A stretch of 61,746 bases of DNA, from positions 1 to 61,746 of the forward strand of contig CAYZZE010000001.1 of assembly GCA_964482845.1 (NCBI GenBank). Direction: 5' to 3'. Origin of the DNA: an uncultured Candidatus Cloacimonadota bacterium. GTDB lineage: Bacteria > Cloacimonadota > Cloacimonadia > Cloacimonadales > Cloacimonadaceae. The notes beneath the pieces were generated by a model that saw nothing but the letters and a program-made list of their open reading frames with translations, was not told the DNA's origin and made no database searches. Positions 38,071-47,084 of the stretch are shown piece after piece. How positions within the stretch are numbered: the first letter of the stretch is position 1; each line of letters opens with the position of its first letter. Made by a program: the position numbers and the translations under genes.

Positions 38071-39339
38071 ATGATAAAAGATAGAATATTGGTAGCGATC
38101 GTGATCGTGATCATCCAGGCGATGATCTCCCGTGTTGTGGCGTTTAACCTGGACATTAGAATTCTTGGGATCGGACCATTGAGCCTGTATCTCTGGATGG
38201 GTTTATTGATCATCCGGATCCTGATGGTACGCGCCGCGATCCTCACCACGAGGACGATGCAATACCTGTACCTGTTCATTATCGTTACAATGATCCAATC
38301 CTATATCCATAACCTATTCAGCTTTTGGTGGCTGGAGAGGTGGGTATTGCCGATCGCCCTGTCCGTATTGTTGCATGAGATCCTGATGTACTACTTGCCC
38401 AAGGAATCTCTGCGGTTCATACTACGCTTCACCCTGATCTTCATTGCCTTTACCTGCGTTCTGAATATCATCGGCCTGATCAGATTTCCTTTAGCAGTAA
38501 GAGCGATTGTCGGTGGCGGCGGTGACGTTGCACCCGAAGAAGCCACTTTTTTTACCCGTATCGGCATTTCAAATTACGGGTTCTTCTCCGGATTGCCATA
38601 TTTATTGCCAGTCGTATATTACCTGTATCGCAAGTCATCCGGAACACTGAACAAGGCAATGTATCTCGGATTGGTCATGTTAATGATCCTCGCGGTTTAT
38701 TTCAGCTCCATAGCGACCCCCCTGCTGTTGGCCTCGATCGCGCTATTGGTTTCGATCTATAGCGGGACCATGCTGAGGCGCGGTATGGGGGTGATTGCGA
38801 CATCAGCGATCATCATCCTGATGATCGTCTTTACCCCCGAAGGCGTGATCGACAGGTCGCTGAGTTTTGTCGGCAATATCACTCCCTCCGAGGCTGTCCA
38901 ACGACGAGTGACCGATATTCAAAGGGCACTTCAGGAAGGGATCGAGGTGGAGGCGGAGACCGAATTCCGGGGGCTGACGACGGTGGAATTGCGTCTGCAG
39001 AGGATATACTGGATTATAGATGGTTTCTTGAAGCGCCCCCTGACCGGATCCCCAAACGAAATTCCGCCGGAAGCGTACCACTTGCACTGGTTGTATCTCC
39101 TCGGTGCCACAGGAATACTGGGATTCGGATCCTTGCTGCTGCTCCTGGTAAAAGCATTCAAGAACGACCTCAAAGTGTTTAATAAAGAATACAGGCATTT
39201 TTACATCATTTCACTTTTAACCTTTATTTCCATGGGGATCCTGAAGGTGATCACTGGATGGTTCATGTATTTGGGCATCTTTGTCATCGTTCCTCTATCC
39301 TATCATCTTATCAGGGAAAAGCCCCGATCAGAGACATAA
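38071..39339 (+). CDS. wzy: O-antigen polymerase-like polytopic membrane protein (Wzy candidate)
   Basis: 422 aa with about 10 TM helices, one large hydrophilic loop (RRVTDIQRALQEGIEVEAETEF...) and low sequence complexity, as is usual for Wzy. Assigned by context. Confidence 0.45.
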   Translation: MIKDRILVAIVIVIIQAMISRVVAFNLDIRILGIGPLSLYLWMGLLIIRILMVRAAILTTRTMQYLYLFIIVTMIQSYIHNLFSFWWLERWVLPIALSVLLHEILMYYLPKESLRFILRFTLIFIAFTCVLNIIGLIRFPLAVRAIVGGGGDVAPEEATFFTRIGISNYGFFSGLPYLLPVVYYLYRKSSGTLNKAMYLGLVMLMILAVYFSSIATPLLLASIALLVSIYSGTMLRRGMGVIATSAIIILMIVFTPEGVIDRSLSFVGNITPSEAVQRRVTDIQRALQEGIEVEAETEFRGLTTVELRLQRIYWIIDGFLKRPLTGSPNEIPPEAYHLHWLYLLGATGILGFGSLLLLLVKAFKNDLKVFNKEYRHFYIISLLTFISMGILKVITGWFMYLGIFVIVPLSYHLIREKPRSET

Positions 39340-39363
39340 GTTCAGGAGATCTCCGATAGAACG

Positions 39364-40575
39364 ATGGATAGGCAGAAACCCCTCAAAGTCGTCTGGATCT
39401 GTAATTCCAGCAATGAGAAGATATGTCGTGCTGCTCGTCTTCCAGTGTTCGTACAGGCGCCATGGATATCCATGTGGATCAGCGAATTTGAAAGACGCAG
39501 GGAAGTAGAACTCCACATTATAAGCCCGAATCGATTTATTCCCTGGATACGTAATTTTACGATTGACGGGGTTCACTACCATTACTTCAACCATCGAGTG
39601 CCCATCATCAAAAAACCCTGGCTCTGGAATCTGGATGCGCGCAGCAGCTATATCCTGAATCGCCTCATAATACGACATTTCGTCAACATGATCAAGCCAG
39701 ATCTGATTCATATTATTGGGGCAGAAAATGCCTTGTATTCATCAGTTTATTTTGATCTCAGGCGCCGTTATCCCATATTGATCGGCATCCAGGGCTTTAT
39801 TTTCATGGCGAATGTCAACATGACCAATCCGACTCGAAAGAGAATAAAGATCGAAGGGGCAATCCTGAGCACGGCCAAGTATTTCAATGTCAATTCGGAC
39901 TATGCAGGATCGATCGTGCGTGGTTTCAATGACCATGCGTCAATCTACAAGTATCCCACACCATTCAAACCGGAGGATTATCCCTTGTATCCGGATACCA
40001 AGAAAGTGTGGGATTGCGTGTTTTTTGGCAGGATAGAATATAACAAAGGCATATTCGATGCCATTAAAGCGCTGGCGATGGTCAGAAACCAAATGGAAAG
40101 AGCCAATCTGCTGATCATCGGCGATATCTCCGCAAGCGTCAAACATGAAATCCTGAGATTGATAAATGAACTCGAGCTGGTCTCTGCCATTACTTTCGCG
40201 GGAAGAACTGCTACCCGGGATGAATTGTTCGACTACGTCAGACAAGCCCGGATCAGCGTACTTCCTTCGCTCAACGACATCTCACCCGGCACCATCACCG
40301 AGAGCTTGCTCTTGGGTAATCCCGTAGTGTCTTATTCCGTAGGTGCCATAGATGAGTTGTTCAATCATACGGACCGAAGAATCAATACGGTTGAACGGGG
40401 TAATGTGCAAGCGTTGGCAGAAGAGATGCTAAGGATCCTGAATGACTATGATACGGCCAAAGCAGTGGCGTTGGAAGCACGGGAGTCTTTCTTGGAAGAA
40501 CGCCAAAATGTAAACATTGCTGACCTATTCATCGGGTTTTATCGGCAGATCTTACAAGAATCATCCCGCGCATAG
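39364..40575 (+). CDS. Glycosyltransferase, GT-B fold (GT4)
   Basis: 403 aa. C-terminal GRIEYNKG...SVLPSLNDISPGTITESLLLGNPVVS matches the E-x7-E-like GT4 motif region. Confidence 0.8.
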   Translation: MDRQKPLKVVWICNSSNEKICRAARLPVFVQAPWISMWISEFERRREVELHIISPNRFIPWIRNFTIDGVHYHYFNHRVPIIKKPWLWNLDARSSYILNRLIIRHFVNMIKPDLIHIIGAENALYSSVYFDLRRRYPILIGIQGFIFMANVNMTNPTRKRIKIEGAILSTAKYFNVNSDYAGSIVRGFNDHASIYKYPTPFKPEDYPLYPDTKKVWDCVFFGRIEYNKGIFDAIKALAMVRNQMERANLLIIGDISASVKHEILRLINELELVSAITFAGRTATRDELFDYVRQARISVLPSLNDISPGTITESLLLGNPVVSYSVGAIDELFNHTDRRINTVERGNVQALAEEMLRILNDYDTAKAVALEARESFLEERQNVNIADLFIGFYRQILQESSRA

Positions 40576-41750
40576 TGAAAATAATCCTGATTACCGGACA
40601 TCAATATCCGATCGGTACAGCCCTTACCAACCGGATCAGATCATATCTCGAAGTGCTGGCTACGTTGGATAATGACGTAAGCGTATTGGTATATAAACCT
40701 ACTGAAGACCGGGAAAATCCCCAGAACCAAGCGGCAGGAACACTAAACGGCGTAAGGTACAAATATACTTCTTATTCCGTTTACCGGCCCAAGACATATT
40801 TTATGACCATGATCTCTTGGGTCTATGGGTATTTGAATTGTCTAACACATCTCGCCCGGGAAAATCGCCTCAAACACACGGACATCATAATACTGGCCCA
40901 AGCCAGAAGTTCATTGATCCCTTTGGTCTATCTCCTGAGCCGGATGTCCAAGACCGAGTTTGTCCTGGAGAATAGCGAATATCCTTGGTTCATTATCAGG
41001 AGAAAATCGAGTAACATCATCTATAAACCTCTGTACCAGTGCCTTTATTACCGGATGTTTGATGGTGTGATCGCTATGACGAGTGCTTTGCAAAAGTATC
41101 ACCACCGATATGGTAAAAAGGGCATCAGGATCATTCACCTGCCCATGACGGTCGATGCACGCCGTTTTGGGATTGATGCAGAAAGAGAGAATAGCATTAC
41201 CTATATCGGCAATAAAAGCTACCACAAGGATGGCGTCGGCGTATTGGTCGATGCGTTCGTCTCGATAGCGGATAAATTTCCTGACTGGCGTTTGATCATC
41301 ATCGGTGATAGCGGCTATGACAAAGAGATCATCAGCAAAGCCCAGAACAACGCTTTGACGGGACGCATAATCACCATGGGCAACATACATCGGGATGATG
41401 TTCCGCCATTACTTATCAAGTCAAAGATACTTGCCCTTGCCCGTCCCCGGGGGATTCAAGCCGAAGGCGGATTTCCCACCAAGCTGGGTGAGTATCTTGC
41501 TACAGGCAATATGGTTGTTGTTACCGATGTGGGTGAGATTGGCAGTTATCTCCAGGATGGCATATCGGCATTGATGGCGAAACCGGGTGATGTACAGAAT
41601 TTTGCCGATAAGCTTGAGCAGGGGATTGTAAATTATGATCTTATGCAACATGTCAGGCAGGGAGGATTGGATGTCTGCAATCGTCATTTCAACGCTCAAC
41701 TCCAAGGCAGGCGGCTAAACGAATTTTTCCAATCAATGATAACCTCGTAG
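40575..41750 (+). CDS. Glycosyltransferase, GT-B fold (GT4)
   Basis: 391 aa. The GTG start overlaps the upstream TAG by 1 nt. GNKSYHKDGV..., ARPRGIQAEGGFPTKLGEYLATGNMVVVTDVG. Confidence 0.8.
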   Translation: MKIILITGHQYPIGTALTNRIRSYLEVLATLDNDVSVLVYKPTEDRENPQNQAAGTLNGVRYKYTSYSVYRPKTYFMTMISWVYGYLNCLTHLARENRLKHTDIIILAQARSSLIPLVYLLSRMSKTEFVLENSEYPWFIIRRKSSNIIYKPLYQCLYYRMFDGVIAMTSALQKYHHRYGKKGIRIIHLPMTVDARRFGIDAERENSITYIGNKSYHKDGVGVLVDAFVSIADKFPDWRLIIIGDSGYDKEIISKAQNNALTGRIITMGNIHRDDVPPLLIKSKILALARPRGIQAEGGFPTKLGEYLATGNMVVVTDVGEIGSYLQDGISALMAKPGDVQNFADKLEQGIVNYDLMQHVRQGGLDVCNRHFNAQLQGRRLNEFFQSMITS

Positions 41751-41762
41751 AGGATCAGCGAC

Positions 41763-43073
41763 ATGATGGATACTACAAAACTCATTGATCTAATTAGTGG
41801 AAAACAAATAGAGAAGTGTTATCAGTTATATAATCAAACCCAGTGGTATTCACCGGATGAAATGAGAGCATTTCAAACGCACAAACTCAAACGCTTGCTC
41901 ATGCATTGTTATGCACATACTCCGTACTATCGGGATCTGATGATCGGCAAAGGCATTCATCCGAATGATGTCAAGGATCTTTCCATACTTCAGGAGTTCC
42001 CCATCATGACCAAGGAGCAGATCAAAGCGGAATACGACCGGTTCACGCCCCGGAATGAACACCAGATCAAGGGCATCAAGACCAGCCAGACCGGGGGAAC
42101 CACCGGCAATATCCTGTACAAGCGCAATGACGCCCAAACCCGCAGCTCGGTCTGGGGAAGCTATAAAAGGTTCTATGACTGGATGGGGATCCGCCCGGGA
42201 GACCGGGTGATGAACTACTGGGGCGGGCATGTGATCAAACATTCCCGGAAGGAAAAATGGTCAAAATTGATCGTTGATCTGCTTCGTAATTCGGTTTCCT
42301 ATGATGCCTATGACACCCGATCCGAACTTTTTGACGATATAGTCAATACCCTTAAGCATAAAGATGTCAAACTCATCCGCAGTTATCCCCAGGCTTTATA
42401 TTCTCTTGCCCGCAAACTCGAGGACAGAGGGATGAAATTCAGTATCAAAGCGATCTTGACGACCTCTGAACCCATCATGCCCCAACATAGGGAGATATTC
42501 AAGCGGGTATTTGGGGCAGATTCATTCGATCAATACGGCTGCGGGGAGATCGGCGGCATTGCCTATGAATGTGCTGCTCACAAGGGCTTACATGTTACGG
42601 AGGAGCGGGTCATCCTTGAATCAAATGACCAAGACGAACTCCTTATCACTGATCTTGATAACTACGCCATGCCATATATCCGCTATTGGAACGCCGATCA
42701 GGCGGTGTTTTCGGATGAAGAGTGTCCCTGCGGCAGAAAGAGCAGAATGGTCTCCCAAGTAATGGGAAGAACCTGTGATTATCTGATCGGCGCCAACGGA
42801 CAGACCCTCCATTGGGCATATTTCTGGCATTTACTATTTGATACCAGTATCGCCATTGACCGCAACTTCGTCAAATTCCAGATCGTTCAGAAAGAACCGG
42901 ATCTGATCCTCTTCCGCACCGTTTCAGACCCCTTGACCGATGCTGACAAGGAGACATTGATCCAGATGATCCGTCAAAAAATGGGCGATATGCGGGTGGA
43001 ATTCAATCTGGAAGAAGACATCCCCCATACCGCTTCAGGAAAGTACCGTCCCGTGATCAATGAACTGCTCTGA
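41763..43073 (+). CDS. Adenylate-forming enzyme, PaaK/CapK (F390-synthetase-like) family
   Basis: 436 aa. SQTGGTTGN (AMP-binding P-loop-like), YGCGEIGGIAYEC, and a C-terminal SGKYRPV lysine motif. Confidence 0.75.
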   Translation: MMDTTKLIDLISGKQIEKCYQLYNQTQWYSPDEMRAFQTHKLKRLLMHCYAHTPYYRDLMIGKGIHPNDVKDLSILQEFPIMTKEQIKAEYDRFTPRNEHQIKGIKTSQTGGTTGNILYKRNDAQTRSSVWGSYKRFYDWMGIRPGDRVMNYWGGHVIKHSRKEKWSKLIVDLLRNSVSYDAYDTRSELFDDIVNTLKHKDVKLIRSYPQALYSLARKLEDRGMKFSIKAILTTSEPIMPQHREIFKRVFGADSFDQYGCGEIGGIAYECAAHKGLHVTEERVILESNDQDELLITDLDNYAMPYIRYWNADQAVFSDEECPCGRKSRMVSQVMGRTCDYLIGANGQTLHWAYFWHLLFDTSIAIDRNFVKFQIVQKEPDLILFRTVSDPLTDADKETLIQMIRQKMGDMRVEFNLEEDIPHTASGKYRPVINELL

Positions 43074-43109
43074 GACATTCACACCTTTGTTGACAATTTC
43101 ACGAAGATA

Positions 43110-43982
43110 ATGCATTACTTTTCTTCCCGATACAATAGAATCATAGATCCCCAAAGCGATGCCTGCACCTTTGAGGAATGGATCTCAGGTGCCAGTAATT
43201 CCCTTTACGCCATCCATCCAGATGGTTGCCCCGTTTTTCTCGATCCATCCAGGATAGTTTCGTGTGATGAATATTTACATGGCGATCCCTTTGGAACTGA
43301 AGACAATCTGGACAGCCCTTTCCAGAAAGCCCGCATAGCCAATACTAAACTACTGCTGGGGCAAGTCATCCAGCGCAACTCGCGGGACAGGATCCGTCTG
43401 CTGGATATTGGCTGCGGGCAAGGATACATTACTACAAGTATCCGTCAGGCATTTCCCCAGTGCCTTGTGTCGGCTGTCGATATTTCTTTATCTGCCATAA
43501 AACGGGCTCGGGCAATGGATGACCGGATCGACTATATCGTGGCCGATGCCAATGATCTGCCCTATCCTGAGCATGAGTTCGATTGCCTCATAATGAATAA
43601 CATTTGGGAACACCTGACCGATCCCATCGGTCTGCTGATGAATGCCAAACGGGTACTCAAACCGAGCGGACACTTGATCATATCCACGCCCAGCAGATAT
43701 CGGTTTTCCAATCTGATCCGGGAATTACGCGGCAAGCCCTTGCTGATCAGCCCGCATCATATTACAGAATATACCATTGGTCAAGTTAAAGAGCAATTGC
43801 ACTTTGCCGGATTTGATGTGGTTCGCACGGTCAGTACCGATACATCAAGCCGTCGGGGATCACATTCACCTGTTGCCATCATATCCCAAATGTCCAGATC
43901 TGCTCTGTCGCTGTTCCTAAGGTTCACGGGTTCGCATCATGTCCTTAATTCCACCGCATTTTTTTTGGCGCAGCGAAGATGA
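43110..43982 (+). CDS. Class I SAM-dependent methyltransferase
   Basis: LLDIGCGQGYIT (motif I), VDISLSAI, ADANDLPYPEHEFDCLIMNNIWEHL. Confidence 0.85.
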   Translation: MHYFSSRYNRIIDPQSDACTFEEWISGASNSLYAIHPDGCPVFLDPSRIVSCDEYLHGDPFGTEDNLDSPFQKARIANTKLLLGQVIQRNSRDRIRLLDIGCGQGYITTSIRQAFPQCLVSAVDISLSAIKRARAMDDRIDYIVADANDLPYPEHEFDCLIMNNIWEHLTDPIGLLMNAKRVLKPSGHLIISTPSRYRFSNLIRELRGKPLLISPHHITEYTIGQVKEQLHFAGFDVVRTVSTDTSSRRGSHSPVAIISQMSRSALSLFLRFTGSHHVLNSTAFFLAQRR

Positions 43983-44066
43983 TGGTTGTATCATGATTAC
44001 TTCACATCAGAATCCATCAAAATGATAAAGTAGCAAAAATCCTTATAAGTGACCAGTTTTCCTGCG

Positions 44067-44149
44067 TCCTCCCTGCTTGATAACCTTAGTATAACCTTAC
44101 GGTCGTAAGGTTATACTAAGGTTATACTAAGGTTATCAAGCAAGGAGGA
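44067..44149 (+). repeat. Stand-alone copy (4) of the 82-nt hairpin, inside a co-directional operon
   Basis: tcctccctgcttgat-aaccttagtat-aaccttac-ggtc-gtaaggtt-atactaaggtt-atactaaggtt-atcaagcaaggagga. The outer stem is fully complementary here (cttgat/atcaag). Only about 25 nt of M2-like sequence lie upstream, and there is no M1 or M3. Confidence 0.85.
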
Positions 44150-44189
44150 TAAGGGTAGGTAAAGGGAAAAAGGAACAAAACGAGATAGC

Positions 44190-45530
44190 ATGAACCGCAG
44201 TTCACTGACTTTTATGCTTCTGGGCAGGAAACACGGGTTTGACATGAACCGCATGGTGAAGTTCGTCATGGAAAACCAATACTGGAATCAGGATCAGATC
44301 ATTGATTATCAGACCCGGCGGATGCGGGAAATGATCGCTCATGCCTATGCCAATACGAGGTTTTACCGGCGGATAATGGAAGAGCGGGGTTTGACTCCAT
44401 CGGACATCCGGGATCTGAGTGATCTGAAAAAGCTTCCCACCATCGGCAAGCAGGACATAAACCCATGTTGGGACGATATAATCGCCACTGATTCCGCCCA
44501 ATACAAACCCATGCACCGGGTAACCAGCGGGACGACCGGTGTGACCTTTCAGTATTACAACGATGTCCATAGCTGGGGTCTGAATTGGGCGACCAAGATC
44601 CGGACTTTCAGTTGGGGCGGATACCGCTTTGGCGCAGACCGGATCGCCACGCTCAAGGGCGGTTCCATGCTTGCCAGAGCAAAGCCATCCCTGAAAAGTA
44701 AGATCTGGAAATGGCTGCACAATTACGTGGATCTGCCGGTGGTGCATCTGTCCCCGGAAGCGATGGAGTCGTATTATCAACTGATGTTAAGGCAGAGGAT
44801 CAGGTTCCTGCGCGGCTTTCCCTCAGCGGTCTATACCTTTGCCAAGTATATCCATGAAACACATGGGAACTCGCCTTTGACGGCCACTTTTACCTCCGCG
44901 GAGCTCTTGCACGGCTATCAACGTCAGCAGATCGAAGCGACATTTGGAACAAAGCACATAGATGCTTACGGCTGTGGCGACGGAATGGGCGGCGCCAATC
45001 AATGCGAACTTGCCAGGGGTTATCACACGAACGTCGAGACCTCGATCCTGGAAGTGATCAATGCCCAAGGCAAGGATTGCCTGCCGGGGGAGGAGGGTGA
45101 GATCGTGCTGACCTCGCTGCATGATTTTGCCATGCCCTTGATCCGTTACAAGCCGGGTGATATGGCGATGGTCGGCGCGCAAAGGTGTCCCTGCGGCAGA
45201 TCCCTGCCGGTATTGGACAAGATCGTCGGGCGCACGTCGGATCTGCTCGTCCTGCCCAATGGGAGAACTCTGAATGGTATCGCCATCCCCTTTGCCGATT
45301 GGGCGGATCGGATTGAGAAATTTCAATTGTGGCACACGGCACCGGATGAGATCCGGCTCAAGATCATAGCCAAACCGACCTTGACGGAAAGTGATTTGCA
45401 GCATATCCATACGATCATGACCCACCACTTGGGAGAAGGCGTCCGCTTTGGCATTGACCGGGTGGATGAGATCCCGCTGACCAAATCCGGCAAATTCAAA
45501 TACGTGATCTCGCTGTTGGAAAAGCCATGA
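44190..45530 (+). CDS. Adenylate-forming enzyme, PaaK/CapK family (second paralog)
   Basis: 446 aa. VTSGTTGV, YGCGDGMGGANQCE, C-terminal SGKFKYV. ATG 44244 is an alternative start. Confidence 0.75.
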   Translation: MNRSSLTFMLLGRKHGFDMNRMVKFVMENQYWNQDQIIDYQTRRMREMIAHAYANTRFYRRIMEERGLTPSDIRDLSDLKKLPTIGKQDINPCWDDIIATDSAQYKPMHRVTSGTTGVTFQYYNDVHSWGLNWATKIRTFSWGGYRFGADRIATLKGGSMLARAKPSLKSKIWKWLHNYVDLPVVHLSPEAMESYYQLMLRQRIRFLRGFPSAVYTFAKYIHETHGNSPLTATFTSAELLHGYQRQQIEATFGTKHIDAYGCGDGMGGANQCELARGYHTNVETSILEVINAQGKDCLPGEEGEIVLTSLHDFAMPLIRYKPGDMAMVGAQRCPCGRSLPVLDKIVGRTSDLLVLPNGRTLNGIAIPFADWADRIEKFQLWHTAPDEIRLKIIAKPTLTESDLQHIHTIMTHHLGEGVRFGIDRVDEIPLTKSGKFKYVISLLEKP

Positions 45531-46618
45531 AACCGAAACCACTGACCATCGTCTGTACCGCCCGAATGGGACATGGAACGTTTGAAGCCAAGTTCGAGCC
45601 CATGGTGCAAATGGATCAGATCGGCAGGATCATCGTCGTGCGCAAGGACAAGGGTCCGGATATTCCCAAGTTATCATACCGCATCCTCCCGCACTGGTGT
45701 CGCAATCCCCTTTTCAATATCATCATTGCGCCATTTGTCCTGATGCAGGAGGTGAAAAGGCACAAAGCGGATCTGATCCTGGCATATCATTATCTGCCGC
45801 ATTTTTACTTTGCCTGGATCGTGGGGAAACTCACGGGAAAGCCATACATATTGGGACAGACGGGTACCGACATTCAAGCGCTTGGCGCCAAACCCATCCG
45901 TGGATGGTTAATGCGGCATATCCTCCGCAATGCGCTCAGTTTCAATGTCCCCGGTACCCAGACGCTGAAATTCTGGATATCGCAGGGTATCCCGCCCGAG
46001 CGGATAAGAGTTTTACACAGCACGATCGATACGGACTATATGATACCGGTGGAGCAGCCCCGCAAATATGATTTTGTCTTTGTGGGACGGCTATCGGAGG
46101 TGAAGCGGATAGACAAACTCATCATAGCAACCGCCGCTTTGATCCAGGACTTTCCCCAGTTGCGTATCTGTCTGGTGGGCGATGGGCATCTGATGCAGCC
46201 CCTCAAGAAAATGGCAGAAAAATATGGGGTTCATAACACCTTGGATTTCGTAGGCTTGCAGAGCAATATCCGGGACTGGCTCAATAGTGCGCACGCCTTC
46301 GTTATGATGTCCGACAGCGAAGGCTTGCCTTGCGCCATGATGGAAGCCATGAGTTGCGGATTGATCTGTATTGCACCGATGGTGAACAATATGGGGGATC
46401 TGATCAAACATGGCGAGACAGGATTGGGTTTTGATACGTCCAGCATTGATCAATTGACCGAACTTATGCGCTATGTCCTGGAGAAACGGGATTCTTTGGA
46501 TCATATCAGACGCGGTGCCAGAGATCACATAGTAGCCCGTCATTCCTTCCTTAGAGCCAGGGAAGAGTGGACAAATGTCATTATGCTATATTGGAAAAGG
46601 ATTGACAATGAAAAGTAG
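45527..46618 (+). CDS. Glycosyltransferase, GT-B fold (GT4)
   Basis: 363 aa. FVGRLSEVKRIDKLI..., MMSDSEGLPCAMMEAMSCGLICIAP. ATGA overlap with the upstream gene. Confidence 0.8.
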   Translation: MKPKPLTIVCTARMGHGTFEAKFEPMVQMDQIGRIIVVRKDKGPDIPKLSYRILPHWCRNPLFNIIIAPFVLMQEVKRHKADLILAYHYLPHFYFAWIVGKLTGKPYILGQTGTDIQALGAKPIRGWLMRHILRNALSFNVPGTQTLKFWISQGIPPERIRVLHSTIDTDYMIPVEQPRKYDFVFVGRLSEVKRIDKLIIATAALIQDFPQLRICLVGDGHLMQPLKKMAEKYGVHNTLDFVGLQSNIRDWLNSAHAFVMMSDSEGLPCAMMEAMSCGLICIAPMVNNMGDLIKHGETGLGFDTSSIDQLTELMRYVLEKRDSLDHIRRGARDHIVARHSFLRAREEWTNVIMLYWKRIDNEK

Positions 46619-47084
46619 GACGCCGATGCAGATAATCGAGGGACTTTGGAAGCGGCTCATGCATCATTTTGCCAGGCATTGTTTTCCGGGCGTGGTCAGA
46701 GTGTTTTTTCACCGATTGAGGGGAGTGCATATCGGCAAAAACGTTCTGATTGGGCTGGATGTGCATATTGACGATGATTCGCCGCATATGGTGTATATTG
46801 AGGACAACGTGTTTCTAACTACCGGCTGCATGCTCCTTACCCATCAGAGGGATCTAACTGCTTATGGCAGGGGCAAGTGGATCGGCGATCAACCCTTTAA
46901 GAAAGGGAAAATAATCATCAGAGAAGGGGCTCATATCGGGATTGGTGCGATCATCATGCCGGGTGTGACCATCGGCAAGGGGGCAGTGATCGGAGCAGGG
47001 TCAGTGGTGACCAGGGATATCCCGGAATACTGTGTGGCAGTGGGATGTCCTGCCAAAGTGATAAAGGAGTTTTGCGATGAATAA
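46608..47084 (+). CDS. Hexapeptide-repeat (left-handed beta-helix) O-acetyltransferase
   Basis: IGKNVLIGLDVHID, REGAHIGIGAIIMPGVTIGKGAVIGAGSVVTRDIP. ATG 46608 was chosen inside ORF 46575..47084. Confidence 0.8.
   Translation: MKSRTPMQIIEGLWKRLMHHFARHCFPGVVRVFFHRLRGVHIGKNVLIGLDVHIDDDSPHMVYIEDNVFLTTGCMLLTHQRDLTAYGRGKWIGDQPFKKGKIIIREGAHIGIGAIIMPGVTIGKGAVIGAGSVVTRDIPEYCVAVGCPAKVIKEFCDE

Noticed and set aside
39328-39711. 127-aa minus-strand ORF with protein-like composition
   Set aside because: It completely overlaps the 5' end of a GT4 gene that continues for 403 aa with family motifs. No RBS or family match is evident.
44202-45542. Two long minus-strand ORFs (44202-44780 and 44823-45542)
   Set aside because: Both are antisense to the CapK-like gene, which has clear family motifs. 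Arg/Pro/His-rich composition is typical of reverse-frame artefacts.
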